Under the pieces are notes generated by a model. It was given only the letters and a program-made list of their open reading frames with translations. It did not search any database and was not told the origin of the DNA. This document shows, one piece after another, positions 33,574-40,645 of a stretch of DNA of 47,092 nucleotides (within the stretch, counting starts at the first letter, position 1; the number at the start of each line of letters is the position of its first letter). The stretch is taken from NCBI GenBank assembly GCA_947626155.1, contig CANQRC010000003.1, forward strand, positions 1 to 47,092. The letters run 5' to 3'. The translations under genes and the position numbers were made by a program. The DNA is from an uncultured Clostridia bacterium (GTDB taxonomy: Bacteria > Bacillota > Clostridia > Christensenellales > UBA1242).

Positions 33574-34530
33574 ATGAAATTGGTTGAGACAATAAAACAA
33601 CAAGCATTTTTCAAAGATTTTGTGGCGAAGAAAGAAAGCGGAAACCTGTTAAATTCCACTTTGTTTTTCTGCGAGGACGATTGCACATCCTCAAAGGTGC
33701 TTGTTTTGGCGGCGCTTCTTCTTGAGTATGACACTTTTGATATGTTTGACGAGACAAGCGCGGAATTTTTGAGAATTGAAGAGGGGATTGACCTTGATGT
33801 CAAAGTTTTTCCCAAAAACGGGCAAAAACTTTTGGTGTCGGATGCAAACGAAATTGTCTCTGAGTGCTTCGTCAAGCCTGTCAATTTGCCAAAGAAAATT
33901 TTTATCATAAACAACATTGACGTCTCCACCGACGAGGCACAAAACAAACTTCTAAAAGTTTTGGAAGAGCCTCCAAAGGGCGTTTACTTTTTGATTAGTG
34001 CAAAGAGTGAGGAGCGCGTTTTGCCAACAATAAAATCTAGGTGCGACAAAATAAAAATAAATCCGCTTTCAAAAGAGGAGATTGAAAAAGTTTGCCTAGA
34101 CGAACTTGCGTGTGTTTTGGGAGGCGGCTATATTGGTCAAACGCTGGCACTTGCGCGAAACGAGAGCCTTGCGCAGGTGGCAAAATTTGCCGTCAGCCTG
34201 CTCACGGAGTTAAAATCAAGCAAGCAAGTGATAAAATTTTCAAAAACCTTTTTGGACTTGCAGGGATTTGTTGATATAATACTAAAAGTTTTGTGTATGG
34301 GAATTGAGGACATCATCAAATTGAAGTGCGAAAGCGAAGATTTGGTCAGCCTTGAAATGTATAAAAAAGATTTAAAAGAGGTTGAGCCAGAATTTTCGGT
34401 TGAGGCGCTTTGCGAGATTTCAAAACTGATTTCAAAATTTATTGAGAAAAAGGAATTCAACGCAAACCTGACGGTGGCGGTTGACAATTTGCTTTTGAAG
34501 ATGTTGGAGGTAAAATATTTATGCAAATAG
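33574..34530 (+). CDS. holB: DNA polymerase III delta-prime subunit
   Basis: IFIINNIDVSTDEAQNKLLKVLEEPPKGVYFLIS...VLPTIKSRCDKIKINPLSKEEI. The P-loop region is degenerate. Synteny with ricT supports the call. Confidence 0.8.
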   Translation: MKLVETIKQQAFFKDFVAKKESGNLLNSTLFFCEDDCTSSKVLVLAALLLEYDTFDMFDETSAEFLRIEEGIDLDVKVFPKNGQKLLVSDANEIVSECFVKPVNLPKKIFIINNIDVSTDEAQNKLLKVLEEPPKGVYFLISAKSEERVLPTIKSRCDKIKINPLSKEEIEKVCLDELACVLGGGYIGQTLALARNESLAQVAKFAVSLLTELKSSKQVIKFSKTFLDLQGFVDIILKVLCMGIEDIIKLKCESEDLVSLEMYKKDLKEVEPEFSVEALCEISKLISKFIEKKEFNANLTVAVDNLLLKMLEVKYLCK

Positions 34531-35333
34531 AAGTTGTTGGGGTGAAGTTTAAAAATAGCAATCATGTTTACTCTTTTTCTCCAAACAGGAACGAACTGAA
34601 ACAGGGCGACTATGTTGTTGTTGAAACTGAGAAAGGAAATGACCTTGGCGTTGTTGTGAAGGAGAAGGAAAAAATCTCTGCCGAGGAGCTTGTTTCTTCG
34701 CTTAAAAATGTTGTAAGAAAGGCGTCTGACAAAGAGGTTAAGGATGCGGAAACTTTTGACCGTGAGGCAGAAAAACTTGCGCCAACCGTCAAAAAAATTG
34801 TCAAAGATTTTAATTTGGAGATGAAAATTGTAAAGGTGGAGGCAAGTTTTGACAATTCGCGTTACATCATAAACTTCACCGCCGAAAACAGGGTGGATTT
34901 TCGCGAACTTGTAAAAAAACTTGCCGAGACGCTGAAGAAAAGAGTTGAACTTAGGCAGATTGGAAGTCGCGACGAAGTGAGAATGCTTGGCGGCTTTGGC
35001 CCATGCGGAAAAATTTGCTGCTGCGTTCAAAACTTTGGCGAGTTTGACCACGTTTCAATGAAAATGGCAAAGAACCAAAACCTCTCCCTGAACCCTCAAA
35101 GCATAAGCGGGCTTTGCGGAAAACTGATGTGCTGCATAGCATATGAAAATCCTACTTATCAAGAGGCGCTTAAAGTTATGCCAAAAGTTGGAACGGAAGT
35201 TTCAACAAAAGACGGCAAGGGGAAAGTTGTTTTCAACGACCTTTTAAAGCGTGAAGTTGATGTTAAATTCATAAGCGGCGATGACAGCGAAATTAAAACT
35301 TATCCGCTTGAAGAGATAAAATTTAGGGGCTAA
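34521..35333 (+). CDS. ricT: PSP1-domain protein RicT/YaaT (stage 0 sporulation protein)
   Basis: VVGVKFKNSNHVYSFSP N-terminus and C-terminal Cys cluster GPCGKICCCVQNF...GLCGKLMCCIAYE. 10-nt overlap with holB. GGAGGT SD. Confidence 0.85.
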   Translation: MQIEVVGVKFKNSNHVYSFSPNRNELKQGDYVVVETEKGNDLGVVVKEKEKISAEELVSSLKNVVRKASDKEVKDAETFDREAEKLAPTVKKIVKDFNLEMKIVKVEASFDNSRYIINFTAENRVDFRELVKKLAETLKKRVELRQIGSRDEVRMLGGFGPCGKICCCVQNFGEFDHVSMKMAKNQNLSLNPQSISGLCGKLMCCIAYENPTYQEALKVMPKVGTEVSTKDGKGKVVFNDLLKREVDVKFISGDDSEIKTYPLEEIKFRG

Positions 35334-35349
35334 AATAAAGCCCTTTTTT
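35326..35349 (+). terminator. weak candidate terminator/attenuating hairpin after ricT
   Basis: GGGCT (35327-35331) pairs with AGCCC (35339-35343), 7-nt loop, then TTTTTT. Confidence 0.35.
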
Positions 35350-35363
35350 AAAAAGGAAAAATT

Positions 35364-36143
35364 ATGGAAAAAGCAAAAAATGCAGAAAAAATTCAAAAAA
35401 ATAGCAAAAAATTGCAAAAAAATGCTGTTTTTTTAGAAAAAAATGAAAAAATTGAAGATTTGCAATGCAAAAATTTAAAAATAATTCAAAACAAAGAACT
35501 TTACACTTTCACTTCAGACAGCGTTATTTTGGCAAATTTTATAAAATCAAAAAAAGAGAATGTGGCAGTTGAGATTGGCTGTGGCAGCGGCGTAATTTCA
35601 ATTTTGCTGACCGCAAAAACTGACATAAAAAAGATTTTTGCATTTGAAATTCAAAAGCCAATGGCGGACCTTGCAAGCAAAAATGTTTGTTTAAACCGCC
35701 TTGAAGAGAAGATTGAAATTGTTGGTGATGACATCTTAAATTTTTCAAAATATGTGAAAGAGGCGGATGTTGTTTTTTCCAATCCTCCATATTTTAAGGT
35801 TACAAATTTTCAGCAAAACGAAGTAAAAAAAATTGCCAAGGAAGAGGTTTGTTTAAACTGCGAAAAACTCATTTATGTTGCTGAAAAAATTTTGAAAAAT
35901 GGCGGCGCATTTTATTGTTGTTATCTTGCAAGCCGTGCGGCAGAACTTATTCAAACTTGCCAAAATCACAATTTGGCGGTCAAAGAGATGTTTTTCACTG
36001 AGAACGGAAAGGGCGAAGTTAAACTTGTGGTGATTAAATGCGTGAAGGGCGGCAAAAACGAGGTTAAGGTTTTTCCAAATCTCGTCACAAATGAGCAGGA
36101 CGGAACTTATTTGGAAAAGTTGCATACAAAATATTTTGGGTAA
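35364..36143 (+). CDS. SAM-dependent N6-adenine-type methyltransferase (YabB/TrmN6-like)
   Basis: Motif I VEIGCGSGVISILL and motif IV SNPPYF. Its position after holB-ricT matches yabB in Bacillus. Confidence 0.75.
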   Translation: MEKAKNAEKIQKNSKKLQKNAVFLEKNEKIEDLQCKNLKIIQNKELYTFTSDSVILANFIKSKKENVAVEIGCGSGVISILLTAKTDIKKIFAFEIQKPMADLASKNVCLNRLEEKIEIVGDDILNFSKYVKEADVVFSNPPYFKVTNFQQNEVKKIAKEEVCLNCEKLIYVAEKILKNGGAFYCCYLASRAAELIQTCQNHNLAVKEMFFTENGKGEVKLVVIKCVKGGKNEVKVFPNLVTNEQDGTYLEKLHTKYFG

Positions 36144-36150
36144 AAGGGTA

Positions 36151-36179
36151 TTGACAAGTGGACGCAAGAGTGATATAAT
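36151..36179 (+). promoter_or_regulatory. full-consensus sigma-A-type promoter
   Basis: TTGACA (36151-36156), 17 nt, TGaTATAAT (hexamer 36174-36179), followed by a leader with an AAGGAGAGG SD and ATG 36204. Confidence 0.65.
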
Positions 36180-36203
36180 TTTAGGCGAAAAAGGAGAGGA
36201 AAA

Positions 36204-36818
36204 ATGAAAGAACTTGATTTTATGTTGGCTCTTGATCAACTTGAAAAAGTTAGGGAAGAGATTTCCCAAAAAAAGCAAGAATTGAGCGAATATGAAAAAA
36301 GAATAAATCAAGAAGAGAAAAGATTATTTCGAAAAGCGGCTCAAAGCGGAGTGTTTAGAATTAGCCTTGGCGAATTTGTTAAGGAATATAAAAAAATCAC
36401 AAATAAAAAGCGAGCCAAAATTGGCAAGCAAGAAATTGAGGAAATTTTGCTTGTTGACACAATAATTTGCCGCGACGCAAACGGCGAGAGAATAACAAAC
36501 AAAGCTGATCTTAATAAGATTGAGAAGGTTTCTTTAAATGTTGACATTATCGTTGACGGCTATAGCGCCTTGTCATTGGAGGACATTGAATTGAACCCTG
36601 ATGACAGACTTGCAGATGGAACGTGGCTTAAAGATGCATTAAAAGACAACGGCTGCGCCGATATGCTTATGTTTAAAAATGAGGCTCTGCTTAGGGACGT
36701 GATTGTTGACTTTTCTCCAGAGTCAAGCGCAATGAAAAGTTGCGTGGAAGTGCGTGATACAGTTTTAGAGGTTGTTGCTCAAAAGGCAGTTCATGTGCAC
36801 GAGCATTTTAAAGACTGA
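36204..36818 (+). CDS. hypothetical protein with N-terminal coiled coil
   Basis: Strong SD. N-terminus LDQLEKVREEISQKKQELSEYEKRINQEEKRL is heptad-like. The C-terminus carries VHVHEHF. No family recognised. Confidence 0.6.
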   Translation: MKELDFMLALDQLEKVREEISQKKQELSEYEKRINQEEKRLFRKAAQSGVFRISLGEFVKEYKKITNKKRAKIGKQEIEEILLVDTIICRDANGERITNKADLNKIEKVSLNVDIIVDGYSALSLEDIELNPDDRLADGTWLKDALKDNGCADMLMFKNEALLRDVIVDFSPESSAMKSCVEVRDTVLEVVAQKAVHVHEHFKD

Positions 36819-36835
36819 GTTTTCAGTCTTTTTTT
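36811..36835. terminator. bidirectional intrinsic terminator between convergent genes
   Basis: AAGACTGA (36811-36818) pairs with TCAGTCTT (36823-36830), 4-nt loop, T-run 36831-36835. It lies between the stop of the 204-aa ORF and the stop of spmB. Confidence 0.7.
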
Positions 36836-37340
36836 ACATTATTTTGCAGATTAAACACGCCACAATTGTGCCAACAAGCGAGCAGATAAGGGCGACCGGA
36901 ATGGCATAGAGAAGCTTTTTGACTTTGGTCTGCGAAATATAAACGGTTGCCACATAAAAAATTGTTTCGCTGCAGCCCATAATCACGCAGGCGCAGCGGC
37001 TAATATAACTGTCCGGCCCATAAGAAGAGAAGATATTCTCCAAAATCCCATAACTTCCACTTCCCGTAAATGGGCGAAGCAGGACAAGCTCCACAAGTTC
37101 TTTTGGAATTCCCAAAAAGTTGAAAACGGGCGAAAGAATCTCGGCAAGAAAATTTGTTATTCCGCTCACTCTCAAAAGCGCCACAGCAATCAAAATGCTT
37201 GCAATATAAGGAAAAATTTCCACAACCAATTTAATTGCGCCTTTCGCACCGTTGACAAAACCGTCATAGGTGTTTATTTTTTTAACAAGGCAATATACAA
37301 AAAGCCCAATAAACAAAATTGGCAGAATGAAGACGCTCAT
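36834..37340 (-). CDS. spmB: spore maturation protein B (nucleoside-recognition/Gate-domain membrane protein)
   Basis: 168-aa multi-TM protein with a 4-nt overlap with spmA upstream, as in the Bacillus spmA-spmB pair. Confidence 0.75.
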   Translation of the reverse strand: MSVFILPILFIGLFVYCLVKKINTYDGFVNGAKGAIKLVVEIFPYIASILIAVALLRVSGITNFLAEILSPVFNFLGIPKELVELVLLRPFTGSGSYGILENIFSSYGPDSYISRCACVIMGCSETIFYVATVYISQTKVKKLLYAIPVALICSLVGTIVACLICKIM

Positions 37341-37906
37341 TTTTTTGTTTTCCTTTTAATTTTGTCAATCAAATGCACAAGCAAAATTCCAAGCGCAGTT
37401 GTGATGAATGTGGCAATAATTGTTGGCAAAATTATGTCGGAAGGATTGGCAGAGCCGGCGTTTGCGCGCAGCCCAATCACCGTTGTGGGCAAAAGTTGAA
37501 TTGAAGTTGCGTTTACAACAATAAGCATTATCATTGCAAAACTTGCTTTTCCACTTCCGTCGTCGAGGGCGCGCATAGATTTTATTCCAAGCGGCGTTGC
37601 GGCGTTTCCAATTCCAAGCATATTTGCTGAAACATTAAGCGCAATAAGTTTTTGTGTGTCGGGGTTGTCCACCCTAAAAATTTTTTTGATTAGGGGGCGC
37701 AAAAGGTGGGCAAGTTTTTCGCTTAGCCCACTCAAATTTACAAGTTCAATAATTCCAAGCCACACGGCATAAACGGCGCAGAGTTCTATGCAAAGATTAA
37801 GTGCCTCGGTGGAGGCGGAAATCATCTCAGAGAGAACCGCGCCCGGATTTGTGACCAGCAAAACCAACATACTTGCAAGCATCATGATTATCCAAAAGGT
37901 GTTCAT
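37337..37906 (-). CDS. spmA: spore maturation protein A (nucleoside-recognition/Gate-domain membrane protein)
   Basis: MNTFWIIMMLASMLVLLVTNPGAVLSEMISASTEALNLCIELCAVYAVWLGIIEL... is a typical SpmA N-terminus. 189 aa. Confidence 0.75.
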   Translation of the reverse strand: MNTFWIIMMLASMLVLLVTNPGAVLSEMISASTEALNLCIELCAVYAVWLGIIELVNLSGLSEKLAHLLRPLIKKIFRVDNPDTQKLIALNVSANMLGIGNAATPLGIKSMRALDDGSGKASFAMIMLIVVNATSIQLLPTTVIGLRANAGSANPSDIILPTIIATFITTALGILLVHLIDKIKRKTKK

Positions 37907-37958
37907 ACAAAATTTTATGCGTCAAAAACGCAATTTTTCACTATTTTGCAGCCACTGA

Positions 37959-37987
37959 TTGACTTAAACGGCCTTTTTTGATAAAAT
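37959..37987 (+). promoter_or_regulatory. near-consensus promoter, leaderless layout (tatD)
   Basis: TTGACT (37959-37964), 17 nt, TGaTAAAAT (hexamer 37982-37987), then 6 nt (gtgaac), then ATG 37994. No SD. Confidence 0.55.
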
Positions 37988-37993
37988 GTGAAC

Positions 37994-38770
37994 ATGAAAC
38001 TTGTTGACAGCCACGCCCATCTTAATGATGAGGCATATAAAGAGGATTTAAAAGAGGTTATTGAGAGGGTGAACGAAGAACTTGCCGCGTGCATTTGCAG
38101 CAGCAGTGATATTTCGTCTTCCCAAGAGGCAATCAGGCTTGCCAAAGAAAACCCAAAGATTTTTGCCAATGTTGGCGTTCATCCAGAGAACGTGGAGGAC
38201 TTTGACGAAGAAAAAGTGTCAGCACTTTTAAGGTGTGACAAAGTTGTGGCGGTTGGCGAAATTGGGCTGGATTATCACTATCTTAAAGACCTTTCGCCGG
38301 AGGAAATTGATGCGCAAAAACTACGCCAAAAGGAAGTTTTTATCAGGCAAATCAACCTTGCAAACAAATTTAATCTTCCAATTGTTGTTCACAGCCGCGA
38401 CGCAATGGGCGACACAATTGAAATTTTGAAGAAAAATCCGCCAAAGCGCGCCAGTCTTTTGCACTGTTACAGCGGAAGCGTGGAGAGTGCAAAAATTCTT
38501 ATGGACATGGGCTTTTCTTTCTCTTTTGGCGGCGTGACCACTTTCAAGAATGCAAAAAGCGTTCAGGAAGTGGTGAAAAGTTTGCCGCTTGAGAGAATTT
38601 TGCTTGAAACAGACTGCCCTTATCTTGCCCCAGAGCCATTTAGGGGCACGCGGAACGAACCAAAAAATGTGAAATATGTTGCCGACAAAATAGCCACGCT
38701 TAAAGGGCTTTCAATTGAAGAAGTTGCAGAAGCAACCACAAAAAACGCAAAAAGGTTGTTTTCAATATGA
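37994..38770 (+). CDS. tatD: TatD-family metal-dependent hydrolase/DNase (YabD-like)
   Basis: MKLVDSHAHLND, VGEIGLDYHY, PIVVHSRDA, LHCYSG, LLETDCPYLAP. Confidence 0.9.
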   Translation: MKLVDSHAHLNDEAYKEDLKEVIERVNEELAACICSSSDISSSQEAIRLAKENPKIFANVGVHPENVEDFDEEKVSALLRCDKVVAVGEIGLDYHYLKDLSPEEIDAQKLRQKEVFIRQINLANKFNLPIVVHSRDAMGDTIEILKKNPPKRASLLHCYSGSVESAKILMDMGFSFSFGGVTTFKNAKSVQEVVKSLPLERILLETDCPYLAPEPFRGTRNEPKNVKYVADKIATLKGLSIEEVAEATTKNAKRLFSI

Positions 38771-39543
38771 TTGATTTTGAGTTTAAAAAGAAGTTTGGAC
38801 AAAATTTCATCTCTGACAAAAACCTCTTGTCGGCAATTGTCTCCGACGCCGGCGTGACGGGGCAAGACGAAGTTTTGGAGGTTGGCGCTGGCGCTGGTGC
38901 ACTGACGGAAATTTTGAGTGAGAGGGCAAAAAAAGTTGTGTCTTTTGAGATTGATAAAGACCTTGAAAGCCACCTTTTGGCGCTTAAACTGAAAAATGTG
39001 AAGTTTGTTTTTGAAGACTTTATGAAAGCAAACTTGGCGCAAGTTGAAAAAGAGTTTTCGGCCAAATATAAGGTTGTGGCAAACCTTCCTTATTACATTA
39101 CCACGCCAATTATTTTCAAATTTTTGGAAGAGGCGACAAGGCTTGAAAGTTTGACAATAATGGTTCAAAAAGAGGTGGCCGAGCGCATATGTGCTAACTT
39201 TGGCGGAAAGGAATATGGCGTTTTGACCGTGATGATAAACTTTTATGGCGAGCCAAAAATTGTGAGAAACATTAGCAGAAATATGTTTTATCCTGCACCA
39301 AATGTTGACAGCGCGCTTGTGAGGATTGACCTGCGCGAAAAATTTCCAAACATTGACAAAAAGGCCTTTTTCAGGTTTGTTCAAACGTGTTTTTCCATGA
39401 GAAGAAAGACGCTTTTAAACAACCTTTCTCAAAATTTTTCCAAAGAGGAGTTAAAAGAAAAACTTGGCGAACAGACCCTAAAAAAGAGGGCGGAGACGCT
39501 TTCGCCAGAGGAATTTGTTGAGCTTTTTAAAAAACTAAACTGA
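38767..39543 (+). CDS. rsmA: 16S rRNA (adenine1518/1519-N6)-dimethyltransferase
   Basis: KKFGQNFISDKNLL, EVGAGAGALTE, ANLPYYITTPI. 4-nt overlap with tatD. Confidence 0.9.
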   Translation: MIDFEFKKKFGQNFISDKNLLSAIVSDAGVTGQDEVLEVGAGAGALTEILSERAKKVVSFEIDKDLESHLLALKLKNVKFVFEDFMKANLAQVEKEFSAKYKVVANLPYYITTPIIFKFLEEATRLESLTIMVQKEVAERICANFGGKEYGVLTVMINFYGEPKIVRNISRNMFYPAPNVDSALVRIDLREKFPNIDKKAFFRFVQTCFSMRRKTLLNNLSQNFSKEELKEKLGEQTLKKRAETLSPEEFVELFKKLN

Positions 39544-39855
39544 CTATTTATGCAAAAAAGTCACGCAAAGGGGCTTTTCTTTCAGGTCGTTCACAGTTAT
39601 TCCGTTTGCCACACATTTGCCGTCACTATTAAAAAGGCAAACCGCGTTGCAGTTTATGTCCAGCGTGGCGGAATCCCTCTGCGGTGCATACTTGGGTGGT
39701 GTGTCAGTGAAAAGCCACTTTGTCTTGTCCACCGCGGGCTTGTCACCGGGTTCGAATTTGTCGCACTCGGTGTTTTTTCTTATCAAAATTTCTTTTGCCT
39801 TGCAAGTGTATCTGTCGTTGTAGGCACACTTTGTTTTTCTGCATCTTATATCCAT
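39544..39855 (-). CDS. Cys-rich DUF1540-like protein
   Basis: Two copies of a C-x(2,3)-C-x-(Y/F)-N-x(3,4)-C-x-A motif (CRKTKCAYNDRYTCKA and CNAVCLFNSDGKCVA). GAGG SD upstream on the minus strand. Confidence 0.55.
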   Translation of the reverse strand: MDIRCRKTKCAYNDRYTCKAKEILIRKNTECDKFEPGDKPAVDKTKWLFTDTPPKYAPQRDSATLDINCNAVCLFNSDGKCVANGITVNDLKEKPLCVTFLHK

Positions 39856-39886
39856 TTTTTACCTCACAATTATTGTTGTCCAATTC

Positions 39887-39915
39887 TTGACAAAAAAAAC
39901 GCAATGTTGTAAACT
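39887..39915 (+). promoter_or_regulatory. candidate promoter for rplI
   Basis: TTGACA (39887-39892), 17 nt, TAAACT (39910-39915), then a leader with an AGAGGTG SD before ATG 39933. Confidence 0.4.
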
Positions 39916-39932
39916 TATTTTAGAGGTGAAAA

Positions 39933-40379
39933 ATGAAAGTTGTTTTGTTGGAAAATGTAAAAGGCACGGGCAAAAAAGGGGAAATCAAAGAGGTTGCTGA
40001 CGGCTTTGCAAACAATTTTTTGCTTAAAAAGGGGCTTGCAAGGGTGGCAAACGCCAGCGCGCTGAGTGAAAACAGAATTCAAAAGGACGCATCAAAATTT
40101 CATAAGGAACAAGAAATTTTGCGGGCAAAAGAACTTGCAAAACAAATTGAGGGCAAAACTGTCATGCTGAAAATTAAGTGCGGCGAAAACGGAAAGACTT
40201 TTGGCTCGGTGACCAGCAAAGAAATTTCCGAGGCGTTGCTTGGCATGAAAATTGAACTTGACAAGAAAAAGATTGACCTCAAAGAGCCAATCAAAGCGGC
40301 AGGAATTTACACAGTTGTAGCAAGAGTCTATCCTGAAATTTCGGCAAAATTCACAGTTGAGGTGCTTGCGCAAAAATAG
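39933..40379 (+). CDS. rplI: 50S ribosomal protein L9
   Basis: [36 protein letters not shown]. 148 aa. Confidence 0.95.
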   Translation: MKVVLLENVKGTGKKGEIKEVADGFANNFLLKKGLARVANASALSENRIQKDASKFHKEQEILRAKELAKQIEGKTVMLKIKCGENGKTFGSVTSKEISEALLGMKIELDKKKIDLKEPIKAAGIYTVVARVYPEISAKFTVEVLAQK

Positions 40380-40381
40380 GA

Positions 40382-40405
40382 AAGATGAGAAAATCATCTT
40401 TTTTT
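40382..40405. terminator. intrinsic terminator after rplI
   Basis: AAGATGA (40382-40388) pairs with TCATCTT (40394-40400), 5-nt loop, then TTTTT. Confidence 0.6.
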
Positions 40406-40555
40406 AAACTTGCAGCCAATCAGGGTGGTGAGCGAGTAGGAAATTTGATTTATAAAATTTCTAAGCTCTTCAATTTCTTCTGTTGTCATGTCTTTTGCAA
40501 GTTCCATGGCAATTGACGTGGCAAGAAGCACCATCTCTTCGTCCGTGCGTTTCAT
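40394..40555 (-). CDS. possible 53-aa helical small protein (below the ORF-track size cutoff)
   Basis: My own translation of the minus strand gives ATG 40555 ... TGA 40396-40394: MKRTDEEMVLLATSIAMELAKDMTTEEIEELRNFINQISYSLTTLIGCKFKKR. It fills an otherwise empty 265-nt gap. No clear SD. Confidence 0.35.
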   Translation of the reverse strand: MKRTDEEMVLLATSIAMELAKDMTTEEIEELRNFINQISYSLTTLIGCKFKKR

Positions 40556-40610
40556 AGTTATATTTATTTGTTTTGAAGGGAAATTGTTATAAACAAATTT
40601 TTAAAAAATA

Positions 40611-40639
40611 TTGCAAATGCAAAAAAAGTATTGTATAAT
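40611..40639 (+). promoter_or_regulatory. promoter, leaderless layout (417-aa orphan)
   Basis: TTGCAA (40611-40616), 17 nt, TATAAT (40634-40639, preceded by TG), then 6 nt (aatcac), then ATG 40646. No SD. Confidence 0.55.
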
Positions 40640-40645
40640 AATCAC

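Noticed and set aside
33634-33720. A degenerate or absent Walker A P-loop in the holB product, considered as a possible pseudogene signal.
   Set aside because: Delta-prime subunits are known to have degenerate nucleotide-binding motifs. The reading frame is intact, and the downstream LLKxLEEPP and SRC motifs are preserved.
34137-35051. A 304-aa minus-strand ORF antisense to holB/ricT. Similar long antisense ORFs lie at 38620-39384 (254 aa), 30277-30762 (161 aa), 11432-11917 (161 aa) and 35853-36311 (152 aa).
   Set aside because: Each lies entirely opposite a gene with strong family motifs. Their translations are low-complexity (K/F/N/L-rich) with no motifs or SDs, as expected for AT-rich antisense frames. 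I treat them as spurious.
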